DNA of 63,879 bases. Origin: a bacterium (lineage in GTDB: Bacteria; Sysuimicrobiota; Sysuimicrobiia; Sysuimicrobiales; Segetimicrobiaceae). The notes under the pieces were generated by a model. That model did not search any database. It had not been told where the DNA came from and worked only from the letters and a program-made list of their open reading frames with translations. A program made the translations under genes and the position numbers. Location: positions 1 to 63,879 of the forward strand of contig DATEHM010000077.1 in assembly GCA_035279545.1 (NCBI GenBank). Direction: 5' to 3'. Below, in pieces: positions 12,013 to 21,199 of the stretch (within the stretch, counting starts at the first letter, position 1; each line of letters starts with the position of its first letter).

Positions 12013-12359
12013 TGGAGCTCCCCGAGAACCTCGCGGACGATGAGGGCGACCGCCTCGCGCATTCGTGCGGCGGCCCGGTTCCGGATCGCTTCGGCATCCG
12101 CTCGGGCCCGACCCAGGAGCTCCTCGGCGACGGCCTGCGCCTCGGCGGCGGAAGCAGCCGACGATGCGGCGGCCTCCTGCTGGGCCTGGCTCCGGGCACG
12201 GGCGCGGATGGCGTCAGCTTCCCGCTGCGCCTCTTCCACGAGCCGCGCCGCTTCTTCCTGCGCGCGGACCAGTTCCCCCTGTAACTGCTCTTCCTTTTGT
12301 GCGATCTCTCGGATGATCGCGTCGGCCGATGCGGATTTCGAGGCTTCGCGCTGAGCCAT
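12009..12359 (-). CDS. atpG: A/V-type ATPase peripheral-stalk subunit G/H-like
   Basis: ORF 12009..12377 trimmed to ATG 12359, which has GGGAG 6 nt upstream. 116 aa of Ala/Glu/Arg coiled coil (AIIREIAQKEEQLQGELVRAQEEAARLVEEAQREADAIRARAR). First gene of the operon; 4-nt overlap with atpI. Confidence 0.7.
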   Translation of the reverse strand: MAQREASKSASADAIIREIAQKEEQLQGELVRAQEEAARLVEEAQREADAIRARARSQAQQEAAASSAASAAEAQAVAEELLGRARADAEAIRNRAAARMREAVALIVREVLGELQ

Positions 12360-12456
12360 GAACGCTCCCGAGGGCAAAAAATATCAGCCGCACTCCGAAC
12401 CCCTACCCGCCGGCCCACAGCGCAGCCCGCGGATGATCGGACCGCAAGCCCGCATC

Positions 12457-12486
12457 ATGCTAACAAACGACGTAAACCAATGTCAA
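12457..12486 (-). promoter_or_regulatory. candidate sigma70-type promoter of the ATPase operon
   Basis: Minus strand reads TTGACA (12486-12481), 18 nt spacer, TAGCAT (12462-12457). It sits in the 150-nt nuoN-atpG gap, about 100 nt upstream of the atpG start. Confidence 0.35.
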
Positions 12487-12528
12487 GGTATACAAGGCTT
12501 TGCGGGCTCGAACACGCGATCCCGTCGA

Positions 12529-13977
12529 TCAAAACTTGCCGAGCGTCGCGGCCACGCTGACCAAGTCGATAAATCGCTGGGGGAAGACACCGATGAGCAG
12601 GGTCCCGAGTACGGTGACCCCCAGCAGCGTCCGAGCCACCGCCGTCTCCGGGACGCGCGTCGCATCGTCGGGCGCGGGGGCCAGCCACATCGCCCGGATG
12701 ACGCCCACATAGTAGAAGAGCGAGACCACGCTGTTCAGGATGGCCACGATCGCCAGCCAGAGAAAGCCGCTGTTGATCGCCGCGGCGAAGAGGAGGAGCT
12801 TCCCAAAGAACAACGCGGTGGGCGGGATGCCGATCAGCGACAGCATGAAGATCCCCATCGCCACCGCCGAGAACGGCGCGCGCTTGGACAGTCCGGCGTA
12901 ATCGGCGATGGCGCTGGAGCCCAGCGCGCGCTCCACGATGACCGCCACGCCGAAGGCCCCGATGTTCGTGAAGGTGTAGGCGAAGAGATAAAAGAGCAGC
13001 GCCCCCTGTCCGGATCCCACCGCCGTCTGGCTGGAGGAGAGCGCCACCACGCCCATCAACATGTAGCCGGCGTGCGCGATCGAGCTGTAGGCCAGCATGC
13101 GCTTGATGTTCGGCTGAGAGAGCGCCGCCAGGTTGCCGAGCGTCATCGTGATCGCGGCCAGGCCGGCAACGATCGTCACCCACGCCTGCGGGGGAAGGGC
13201 GACGTAGAACACCCGGAGCAGGGCCGCGAACGCCGCGGCCTTGCTCCCCACCGAGAGGAATGCCGTGATCGGCGTCGGCGCCCCCTCGTAGACGTCCGGG
13301 GTCCACTGGTGGAAAGGGACAAGCGAGATCTTGAACCCGAGCCCGGCGAGGATGAGCATCGCCGCAAGCGTCAGGAACCCCGGGCTGAGGAAGGCAGTCC
13401 GCTGCATCAGGTGGTAGAGGTTGGTCGTGCCGGCGGCGCCGTACAGGTACGTGAACCCGTAGAGCATCACCGCGGACGCCGCCGCCCCGTAGAAGAAGTA
13501 CTTGACGCCGGCCTCGTTGCTCCGCCGGTCGCTCTTCAGCGAACCGGCGAGGACGTACGAGGTGAGCGAGACGAACTCGATCGCCAGGAAGAGGAGGATC
13601 AGGTCAGCGGCCGCGGTCATCAGCGCCAGCCCGAGCACCATGAACACGACCAGGCTGTACACTTCTCCCTCGTAGGGCATCCGGCGACCCCGGAAGAACT
13701 CCATGGCCGCGAGCAGCACCAAGATCCCGCTCAAGATCGCGATGATCTTGAAGAAGGCGGCGAAGGGGTCAACGGCGTAGGTCTCGGCGAAGACGAGCCG
13801 GGGCGGCGCGGACAGCAGGCCGACGGACGGCAGCAGGGCGACCAGCAGGCCGACCACGCCGGCCCAGCCGACGCCCCGTTTCTGGCCCGGGCCCGTCAGC
13901 AGATCTATCGACAAGAGGACGAGGCCGAGCACGCCCAGGAGCAGCTCCGGGGTGATCGCGCTGAGGTCAGCGGTCAT
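12529..13977 (-). CDS. nuoN: NADH-quinone oxidoreductase subunit N
   Basis: ORF 12529..14121 trimmed to ATG 13977-13975, which overlaps the nuoM stop (ATGA). 482 aa, antiporter-like polytopic protein. Confidence 0.9.
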   Translation of the reverse strand: MTADLSAITPELLLGVLGLVLLSIDLLTGPGQKRGVGWAGVVGLLVALLPSVGLLSAPPRLVFAETYAVDPFAAFFKIIAILSGILVLLAAMEFFRGRRMPYEGEVYSLVVFMVLGLALMTAAADLILLFLAIEFVSLTSYVLAGSLKSDRRSNEAGVKYFFYGAAASAVMLYGFTYLYGAAGTTNLYHLMQRTAFLSPGFLTLAAMLILAGLGFKISLVPFHQWTPDVYEGAPTPITAFLSVGSKAAAFAALLRVFYVALPPQAWVTIVAGLAAITMTLGNLAALSQPNIKRMLAYSSIAHAGYMLMGVVALSSSQTAVGSGQGALLFYLFAYTFTNIGAFGVAVIVERALGSSAIADYAGLSKRAPFSAVAMGIFMLSLIGIPPTALFFGKLLLFAAAINSGFLWLAIVAILNSVVSLFYYVGVIRAMWLAPAPDDATRVPETAVARTLLGVTVLGTLLIGVFPQRFIDLVSVAATLGKF

Positions 13978-15479
13978 CGGCCCATCCCGAGGATCGCGAT
14001 CGTCGCGAGGTTGACGGCGTCGACGAGGGGCCGCGGATAGATGCCGATGACCACCATCAGCGCCGCCAGCGGGACCAGCGCCCAGCCCTCCCGGCCGTCC
14101 AGATCCGGCAGCGCCGCCCACCGCGAGTTCAAGGGGCCGAAGAAGATCCGGTGGATCGTCCAGAGGAAAAAAGCCACCGTGATCACGACCCCGACGAGCG
14201 CGATGACGGTCAGCGTCGGGTAGATCTGGAAGGCCCCCAGAAAGATCAGGAACTCGGCGACAAACCCCATCAGCCCGGGGAGGCCCAGCGAGCCGAGCAT
14301 CACCAAGACCGTCACGCCCGTGTACACCGGCAGCCGCAGCCCCAGTCCACCGAAATCTCCGACCCCGCGGGTATGCGCCCGGTAGTCATAGATCACCCCC
14401 ACGAGAAAGAACAACGCCCCGGTGATGACGCCGTGCGCCAGCATCTGCATCGTCGCGCCGTTGAGCGCCGTCGCCGCCGCCGCCAGGTTCTGGCGGCCGG
14501 CGGCGGAGGCCGCCGCGGCGATCCCGAGCATCACATAACCCATATGGTTGACGCTCGAGTAGGCGACCAACTTCTTGAGATCGGTCTGGGCCATCGCGAC
14601 CATCGCGCCGTAGACCACGCCGATCACGGCGAGGACGGCGACGATCGACGCCTCCCGGGCAAACGCCTGAGGCAGGAGCGGCAGGGCGATGCGGACGAAC
14701 CCGTAGGTCCCCAGTTTCAGCAGGACGCCGGCGAGGAGCACGCTCCCAGCGGTGGGCGCCTCGACGTGCGCGTCCGGAAGCCAGGTGTGGAACGGAAACA
14801 TCGGCACCTTGATCGCGAAGCTGAAGAAGAACCCCCAAAAGGCCAGGACCGCCAGCGGCAGGTCCCGGCTCAGCGGCTGCTGCTGGATCAACGCGAGGAT
14901 GTCGAAGGTCCGCGGGTTCGCGTGAAAGTACAGAATCAGGATCGCCAGCAGCATCGCCAGCGACCCCGCCAGCGTGTACAAAAAGAATTTGATCGCCGCG
15001 TAGGTCCGCCGCGGGCCGCCCCAGATGCCGATGATGAAGTACATCGGCACGAGGCTCACCTCCCAGAAGACGTAAAAGAGGAAGAAATCGAGTGCGAGGA
15101 ACACCCCGACCATGCCGGTCTCGAGCAGCAGGAAGAGGATCATGTACTCCTTGGGGCGCAGGTCCACGCGCCAGGAGTAGATCACGCACAGCAGGGTCAG
15201 CAGCGTCGTCAGGATGACGAGCGGCAAGCTCAGGCCGTCCACGCCGAGGTGGTAGGTGATGCCGACCGAGGGAATCCACGTCCGGACCTCGACGAACTGC
15301 ATCGCCCCGGCGCGGGCGCGGTCGAAGGCGAGCCCGGCGCCCACCGACACCCCGCACGTCAGCAGCGCCGTCGCCAGCGCCACCACTCGGATCGCGCGGG
15401 TGTTGTCCCGGGGCACGCACATCAGCACGATCGCCCCCAGGACCGGCAGCCAAAGGATCACACTGAGCACGGAACTCAT
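13974..15479 (-). CDS. nuoM: NADH-quinone oxidoreductase subunit M
   Basis: ORF 13974..15686 trimmed to ATG 15479-15477 (ATGA overlap with the nuoL stop). 501 aa; MSSVLSVILWLPVLGAIVLM.. is a typical NuoM N-terminus. Confidence 0.9.
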   Translation of the reverse strand: MSSVLSVILWLPVLGAIVLMCVPRDNTRAIRVVALATALLTCGVSVGAGLAFDRARAGAMQFVEVRTWIPSVGITYHLGVDGLSLPLVILTTLLTLLCVIYSWRVDLRPKEYMILFLLLETGMVGVFLALDFFLFYVFWEVSLVPMYFIIGIWGGPRRTYAAIKFFLYTLAGSLAMLLAILILYFHANPRTFDILALIQQQPLSRDLPLAVLAFWGFFFSFAIKVPMFPFHTWLPDAHVEAPTAGSVLLAGVLLKLGTYGFVRIALPLLPQAFAREASIVAVLAVIGVVYGAMVAMAQTDLKKLVAYSSVNHMGYVMLGIAAAASAAGRQNLAAAATALNGATMQMLAHGVITGALFFLVGVIYDYRAHTRGVGDFGGLGLRLPVYTGVTVLVMLGSLGLPGLMGFVAEFLIFLGAFQIYPTLTVIALVGVVITVAFFLWTIHRIFFGPLNSRWAALPDLDGREGWALVPLAALMVVIGIYPRPLVDAVNLATIAILGMGR

Positions 15480-17353
15480 CGGACCAACCTGACGAGCACG
15501 ATGACCACCACGCCGAGGAAAATCAGCAGGAGATAGTTTTCCTCGCGGCCGGTCTGCAGGAACCGCAGGAACCAACCGGACCGTCCGGCGAGCCAGCCCA
15601 CGGCGTTGACCAGGCCATCGACGACGTACCGGTCGAAGGCGCCGGCAAGCCAGATCACCCCCCAGCCGACACGGAGGAACACCCACCCGTAGAAATCATC
15701 GACGAAATACTTGCGCACGAGCAGCGTGTACAGCGGAGCGAACCACCGCCGCAGCGCGGCGGACGGGACGATCCGCCAGCGGTAGATCGCGCCCGCCGCC
15801 AGCCATCCGGCCACCGCCACCAGCACCGAGAAGAAGAGCAGCCCCGTGTTCGACGCCGGCTCCTCCACCCCGGGGAACCGCACGAACCGTCCGAAGGGAT
15901 GCTCCAAGAAGCCCAGAAAGATCGAACAGACGGCGAGGATCACCAGCGGCACGGTCATCACCTGCGGGCTCTCGTGGGGAAGCCCGCCCGCAGGCGTGGT
16001 CCCCCCATGGGCGTCGTGGTCCCCCGCGGCGGCCGCCCCGCCGCGGTAACTGCCGGCAAACGTGTACCACATCAGCCGCCCCATGTACAGCGCCGTGACA
16101 AACGCCCCGATCGTCCCGATCAGCCACAGCGCCTTGCTCTGCGTGTAGGCGGCGAGCAGGATCGCGTCCTTGCTGAAGAACCCCGAAAACGGGGGAATCC
16201 CGGTCAGCGCCAGCGTGGCGACGAGGAAGGTCCAGAAGGTTACGGGCATCGCCTTCGCCAACCCGCCCATCTCCTTCATATTATTCGTGGCGACGGCGTG
16301 AATGACGCTCCCGGCGCCCAAGAAGAGGAGGGCTTTGAAGAACGCGTGGGTGATCAGGTGAAACATCCCCGCCGAATACCCCAGCACCCCGAGCCCCATC
16401 ATCATGTAGCCCAACTGGCTGACCGTCGAGTAGGCGAGCACGCGCTTGATATCGTCCTCGACGACGCCCATCGTCGCCGCAAACAGCGCGGTGATGCCGC
16501 CGATCCACGCCACCACCCAGAGCGCATTGTGCGCGGGTGAGAGGATGAACAGCGGGAAGGTCCGCGCCACCAGGTACACGCCGGCCGCCACCATCGTCGC
16601 CGCGTGGATCAACGCGCTGACGGGGGTCGGCCCCTCCATCGCGTCCGGGAGCCAGACGTGGAGAGGCACCTGCGCGGACTTGCCCACCGCCCCGCCGAAG
16701 ACCAGGACCGCGGCGAGGGTCAGGAGCGGGCCGCCGATCTGGCCGGCCGCGATACCCTTGAACACCTCGGCAAAGTTCAGGGTCTGCGTGTGCAGGAACA
16801 GGATCAGGATGCCGATCATCATCGAGAAATCGCCGACCCGCGTCGTGATAAACGCCTTCAACGCCGCCCGCGCCGCGGTGGGGCGCTCGAACCAGAAGCC
16901 GATCAAGAGGTAGGAGCACAACCCCACGAGCTCCCACCCGGCGTAGATGAAGAGAAAGTTGTCGGCGAGAACCAAAAAAAGCATCGAGAACTGAAAGAGC
17001 GACAGGTAGGCGAAGAACCGCGAAAACCGTGGGTCCCCGTGCATGTAGCCGACCGAGTAGATGGTGATCAGCGAGGCAACGACCCCCACCATCGCCAGCA
17101 TCACGGCACTGAGGGGATCGACGACGAACCCCACGGTCAGCGGGTGGGTGCCGAGGGTGACCCACCGGTAGGTGAGGTCGGCCCGCGCCCCGGTCGCCAC
17201 TTCCCCCAAGAGCAGCAGGCCGCCCAGGCCCGCCAAGACGATCCCGGCGATGCTCACGGACGCCCCGCGGCCGGGCAACCGGTCGCCGCGCCAGATGATC
17301 AGCGCGAACGCCACGAGCGGCATCAGGGGAATGAGCCAGGCGTGTTGGGTCAT
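15476..17353 (-). CDS. nuoL: NADH-quinone oxidoreductase subunit L
   Basis: 625 aa starting MTQHAWLIPLMPLVAF.., an antiporter-like subunit with the long C-terminal extension typical of NuoL. Confidence 0.92.
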   Translation of the reverse strand: MTQHAWLIPLMPLVAFALIIWRGDRLPGRGASVSIAGIVLAGLGGLLLLGEVATGARADLTYRWVTLGTHPLTVGFVVDPLSAVMLAMVGVVASLITIYSVGYMHGDPRFSRFFAYLSLFQFSMLFLVLADNFLFIYAGWELVGLCSYLLIGFWFERPTAARAALKAFITTRVGDFSMMIGILILFLHTQTLNFAEVFKGIAAGQIGGPLLTLAAVLVFGGAVGKSAQVPLHVWLPDAMEGPTPVSALIHAATMVAAGVYLVARTFPLFILSPAHNALWVVAWIGGITALFAATMGVVEDDIKRVLAYSTVSQLGYMMMGLGVLGYSAGMFHLITHAFFKALLFLGAGSVIHAVATNNMKEMGGLAKAMPVTFWTFLVATLALTGIPPFSGFFSKDAILLAAYTQSKALWLIGTIGAFVTALYMGRLMWYTFAGSYRGGAAAAGDHDAHGGTTPAGGLPHESPQVMTVPLVILAVCSIFLGFLEHPFGRFVRFPGVEEPASNTGLLFFSVLVAVAGWLAAGAIYRWRIVPSAALRRWFAPLYTLLVRKYFVDDFYGWVFLRVGWGVIWLAGAFDRYVVDGLVNAVGWLAGRSGWFLRFLQTGREENYLLLIFLGVVVIVLVRLVR

Positions 17354-17363
17354 GGACGGGGGC

Positions 17364-17672
17364 TCACCATTTCATCAGGTTGATCTCATCGACGTAGATC
17401 GTCTCCAGGCGCCGGTAGGCCGCGAGGATCAGCGACAGCCCCACCGCCGCCTCGCAGGCGGCGAGCGTAATGACGATCAGCGCAAAGATTTGCCCTTGCA
17501 TCGCGCCGGGCGCGCCGTACTTATTGAACGCGACCAGGTTGATGTTCGCCGCGTTGAGCATCAGTTCGATCCCCATGAGGATGGCGACGCCGTTGCGGCG
17601 GGTCACGACCGCATACAGGCCAAGGCAGAACACCAGCGCGCTCAGAACGAGGTAATGGACCAGGGTGACCAT
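17364..17672 (-). CDS. nuoK: NADH-quinone oxidoreductase subunit K
   Basis: 102 aa with 3 TM segments (LSALVFCLGLYAVVTRRN..LMGIELMLNAANINLVAF). Confidence 0.92.
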   Translation of the reverse strand: MVTLVHYLVLSALVFCLGLYAVVTRRNGVAILMGIELMLNAANINLVAFNKYGAPGAMQGQIFALIVITLAACEAAVGLSLILAAYRRLETIYVDEINLMKW

Positions 17673-17674
17673 CG

Positions 17675-18169
17675 CTACTCCTCTTTCCGGGCGATGATGA
17701 TCGCCCCGACCAGCGACACGAGGAGGACGATCGACGTGCCCTCAAACACCAGGAGGTTGGGCCCGAGGAAGCTCTGTCCGATCGCCCCGGGGGTGTAGGC
17801 GGGCAACCCCCCCGCCGCCCGACTCCAGGCGGTGTGGATCACCCCGGTGATCAACAGGACCGCCATCAGCACGGCCACCACGACCCCGATCGGCCCCTGC
17901 TCGTTCCGCTGCCGGAGCCGCAGGCCGGTCCCGCCTTCGGTCAGCATGATGACGAACAGGATGAGGACGGTGATCGCGCCGGCGTAGATCAGGACCTGTA
18001 CGCCAGCGAGGAACTCGGCATTGAGGAGGATGTAGATGCCGGTCACACCGAGGAACGCCGGGACCAGGGCGACCGCGCTGTGCACGATGTTGGGAGTCGT
18101 GACCACGACCACGCCGGAGAGCAGGAGGACCGCGGCCAGCGCGTAGAACGCGATCGCCTCTCCGGTCAT
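17675..18169 (-). CDS. nuoJ: NADH-quinone oxidoreductase subunit J
   Basis: ORF 17675..18367 trimmed to ATG 18169-18167 (ATGA overlap with the nuoH stop). 164 aa starting MTGEAIAFYALAAVLLLSGVVVVT.. Confidence 0.88.
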   Translation of the reverse strand: MTGEAIAFYALAAVLLLSGVVVVTTPNIVHSAVALVPAFLGVTGIYILLNAEFLAGVQVLIYAGAITVLILFVIMLTEGGTGLRLRQRNEQGPIGVVVAVLMAVLLITGVIHTAWSRAAGGLPAYTPGAIGQSFLGPNLLVFEGTSIVLLVSLVGAIIIARKEE

Positions 18170-19146
18170 CGGTGGACCACCATCACGAAGAAGGCCGTCA
18201 CCACAAGATTCAGCAGCGCCACCGGGATGAGGATCTTCCAGGAGAAATTGAGGAGCTGGTCGATCCGGAACCGCGGGTACGTCCATCGGACCCACATGAA
18301 GATGAAGATCAGCGCGTAGAGTTTGATGATAAACCACAGGACCGGCGGAAGCAGCGGGCCCCGCCATCCTCCCAGGAACAGCGTCACCGCCATCGCGGCC
18401 ATCGCGAACATCTCACCGTACTCTCCGAGTTGGAATAAAGCGAACCGCATGCCGGTGTACTCGGAAAAGTACCCGGCGACCAGCTCGCTCTCCGCCTCGA
18501 CGAGATCGAACGGCACCCGGTTCACCTCGGCCGTGGCCGCGACCAGGAAGATCAGGAAGGTCACCGGTTGCTCGACCACGTACCACAAATGCGCCTGCGC
18601 CTCGACGATCTTGACCGTGGAGAGCGATCCCGCCAGCATGGCGACGGTGATCAGGGCCAGCCCCATCGGGATCTCATAGCTCACCATCTGTGACGCCGAC
18701 CGGAGCCCGCCGAGCAGCGCGTACTTGTTATTGGAGCCCCACCCCGCCATCAGGATCCCCACCACCACCAGCGACGATGTGGCGGCAAAGTACAGGACGC
18801 CGATATTGAGATCGCGGAAGATCAGCGGCCCCCAGCGGGTGACCCCGAAGGGGATCACCACGTAGTCGAGGAGCGCCGCCAGCGGCACCACGAGGACCGC
18901 GCTGGCGAAGATCTTGGCGTCCGCATGCCGCGGGACGATGTTCTCCTTCTGCAGCAGCTTGATCGTGTCCGCGATCGTCTGCAGCAGGCCCTGGGGACCG
19001 ACATGTTTGGGGCCGAGCCGGCTCTGGATCCACCCGCTGATCTTGCGCTCCAGCAGCACGCCAAACATCGCGGCGATGACCGCGACCCCCGAAAAAATAA
19101 TGATCGTGCCCACGATGGCCCGCAACAATTCAACGTACCAAGGCAC
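18166..19146 (-). CDS. nuoH: NADH-quinone oxidoreductase subunit H
   Basis: ORF 18166..19248. Conserved core seen: LLERKISGWIQSRLGPKHVGPQGLLQTIADTIKLL. I prefer GTG 19146-19144, which has GGAGG 8 nt upstream and leaves 30 aa before the ER motif. The ORF-track start (GTG 19248) would overlap nuoA by 20 nt. Confidence 0.88.
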   Translation of the reverse strand: MPWYVELLRAIVGTIIIFSGVAVIAAMFGVLLERKISGWIQSRLGPKHVGPQGLLQTIADTIKLLQKENIVPRHADAKIFASAVLVVPLAALLDYVVIPFGVTRWGPLIFRDLNIGVLYFAATSSLVVVGILMAGWGSNNKYALLGGLRSASQMVSYEIPMGLALITVAMLAGSLSTVKIVEAQAHLWYVVEQPVTFLIFLVAATAEVNRVPFDLVEAESELVAGYFSEYTGMRFALFQLGEYGEMFAMAAMAVTLFLGGWRGPLLPPVLWFIIKLYALIFIFMWVRWTYPRFRIDQLLNFSWKILIPVALLNLVVTAFFVMVVHR

Positions 19147-19228
19147 CAGATCCGCCTCCGCTAGGACCGCATCGCCTGGCGCATCGTTGCCCAGAACCGT
19201 CCCCGGCCGACGCCCGCGCCCTCCATCG

Positions 19229-19585
19229 CTAGGCCCACTCGAGCGCACCCTTGCGCCATGCGTAAACCAGGCCCAGGGTAAGAATCACGAGGAAGACCAG
19301 GATATCATAGAAGGCGAGGGGGCCCGCTCCGCGCGAGACGACCGCCCACGGGTAGAGGTAGATCACCTCAACGTCAAACACCACGAAGACGAGCGAAAAG
19401 AGGTAGTATCGGACGTTAAACTGGGACCAGGCCTCGCCGATGGTCGGCATGCCGGACTCGTAGGTCTCCAACTTCTGCGGATAGCTGCTGCGCGGGCTGA
19501 TCAGCCAAATGATCAGAAGGGGAAGCGCCACCATCGCTGTGCCAACGATGGCGAACACGGCCACGTACCCCCAGTCGAGCAGCAT
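19229..19585 (-). CDS. nuoA: NADH-quinone oxidoreductase subunit A
   Basis: 118 aa with KLETYESGMPTIGEAWSQFNVRYYLFSLVFVVFDVEVIYLYPWA, a canonical NuoA core. Confidence 0.92.
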   Translation of the reverse strand: MLLDWGYVAVFAIVGTAMVALPLLIIWLISPRSSYPQKLETYESGMPTIGEAWSQFNVRYYLFSLVFVVFDVEVIYLYPWAVVSRGAGPLAFYDILVFLVILTLGLVYAWRKGALEWA

Positions 19586-19799
19586 GCCCTTCCACCCCGC
19601 CCTCGTGCCGCGTGCCGCGCAGGCCCCATCCCGGCCCCGTCCACTTGCCCGTCATCCTCCCCGCCCCCGCCGGGCGAGCCCGGGAACGCCCCGAGGCGGC
19701 GGGGAAAGTCAACGACACTCGGTCGCCTTCTGTGGAAGTCGGCGGACAGCGGAACTGATACAGCAGAACCCGTTCCCGGCGGGCAAAAACGCGGATTTT

Positions 19800-19829
19800 A
19801 TCGTAGTATTCTTTGCCGGAGGGTGTCAA
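19800..19829 (-). promoter_or_regulatory. candidate promoter of the nuoA-N cluster
   Basis: Minus strand reads TTGACA (19829-19824), 18 nt spacer, TACGAT (19805-19800), just downstream of the yvcK stop. This implies a ~210-nt leader. Weak call. Confidence 0.3.
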
Positions 19830-19834
19830 GTTTC

Positions 19835-21199
19835 CTACAGCGCCGCGGCGGCCCGCCGGCGTTCCGGCGAGACCGTGGCCAACAACTGCAGGAGCACCGT
19901 CGTGATCTTCCGGGGGTCGTGGCGCACCAGCTCCTCTTCGCTGATCAGGTCCTCCGAGACCGGGCGCAGGCCGAGAGCACGAATCGCATCGACGTCCGGC
20001 TCGACCGGTTCGGCCCCCTGCTGGCCATAGCGGGCCAGCAGGGCTTGGTTGCGGGGTCGGCGGGTGTTGACCAGGACGTAGTCGAAAATGCCCCGCCCTC
20101 CCTGCTCCAGCAGCACCCGGACATGATCGGCGGCGCGAAACCCGCGCGTCTCCCCCTGCTGGGTCATCACGTTGCAGACGTACACTTTGAGGGCGTGGGC
20201 GCGCCGCAGGGCATCGACCACCCCGTCGACCAAGAGATTGGGAATCACGCTGGTGTACAGGCTCCCAGGCCCGAGCACGATGAGGTCCGCTTCCGCGATG
20301 GCGTCCAGGACGTCCAGGAGCGGCGATACCCGCGCGGGTTTGAGGAATACCCGCCGGATCGTTCTGCCGGCGCCGGTGATCGCGGATTCCCCCTCCACGA
20401 TCGTCCCATCGCTCATCTCGGCACAGAGGGTCACGTCCTCCAGCGTCGTCGGCAGGACCCGCCCGCGGATCGCCAGGACCTTGCTGCATTCTTTGAGCGC
20501 GGTCTCGAGATCCCCGGTCACCTGCGACATGCTGGCGATGAAGAGGTTGCCGAAACTATGCCCGTCCAGGTCGCCGCCCTTGAACCGGTGCGTGAACAGC
20601 TGGGTGAGCAGGGGCTCGGCTTCCGCGAGCGCGACGAGACAGTTGCGGATGTCCCCCGGGGGCAGGATCCCCTGCTCGCGGCGCAGCCGGCCCGAGGACC
20701 CGCCGTCGTCGAAGACGGTGACGACGGCGGTGAGGTTCGTGGAGACCTTCTTCAGCCCACGCAGCAGCGTGCTGAGGCCCGTCCCCCCGCCGAGCACCAC
20801 GATCCGCGGCCCCCGCTGCAGCTGGCGCTGCTGCATGATCATGCCCACCAAGCGTGGATCCCCCCGCGGGAGGAAGACCCCCACAACCGCGCCGATCGTC
20901 TCGCGGATCCCGTACACGATGATTCCGATCCCGAGCAGCAGCAGTACGGTGCCGATGACGATCGGGGAAATGATGTGACCCGTCACGATGTACGCCATGT
21001 CGATCGCGCGAATGACGGCCTGCTCGAGCACGTCCAGGAGCTTGAAGTTGACGATGAGCACCGCGCCGACGGTGACGAGAGAGATGCCGAAGGCCATCAG
21101 GGCGATCCAGCGTTTGATCCCGAGCCCGGGCTCCAGCCAGCGGAGTGAAAGCCGGACCCGGTCCAACCCCGGTCGGTTGCGCTTGCCGTTCAGGCTCAT
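19835..21199 (-). CDS. yvcK: YvcK/CofD-family gluconeogenesis-factor-like protein with an N-terminal 2-TM extension
   Basis: ORF 19835..21307 trimmed to ATG 21199-21197 (ATGA overlap with the rapZ stop). Motifs seen: VVLGGGTGLSTLLRGLK, LPPGDIRNCLVALA. Two hydrophobic segments precede the YvcK domain. 454 aa. Confidence 0.85.
   Translation of the reverse strand: MSLNGKRNRPGLDRVRLSLRWLEPGLGIKRWIALMAFGISLVTVGAVLIVNFKLLDVLEQAVIRAIDMAYIVTGHIISPIVIGTVLLLLGIGIIVYGIRETIGAVVGVFLPRGDPRLVGMIMQQRQLQRGPRIVVLGGGTGLSTLLRGLKKVSTNLTAVVTVFDDGGSSGRLRREQGILPPGDIRNCLVALAEAEPLLTQLFTHRFKGGDLDGHSFGNLFIASMSQVTGDLETALKECSKVLAIRGRVLPTTLEDVTLCAEMSDGTIVEGESAITGAGRTIRRVFLKPARVSPLLDVLDAIAEADLIVLGPGSLYTSVIPNLLVDGVVDALRRAHALKVYVCNVMTQQGETRGFRAADHVRVLLEQGGRGIFDYVLVNTRRPRNQALLARYGQQGAEPVEPDVDAIRALGLRPVSEDLISEEELVRHDPRKITTVLLQLLATVSPERRRAAAAL

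Noticed and set aside
19147-19248. ORF-track start of nuoH (GTG 19248), which overlaps the nuoA 3' end by 20 nt.
   Set aside because: The added 34 residues (MRSSGPSDGGRGRRPG...) are non-hydrophobic and Arg/Gly-rich. GTG 19146 has a GGAGG at the ideal distance and gives the usual ~30 aa before the ER..Q.R.GP motif. The longer form cannot be formally excluded.
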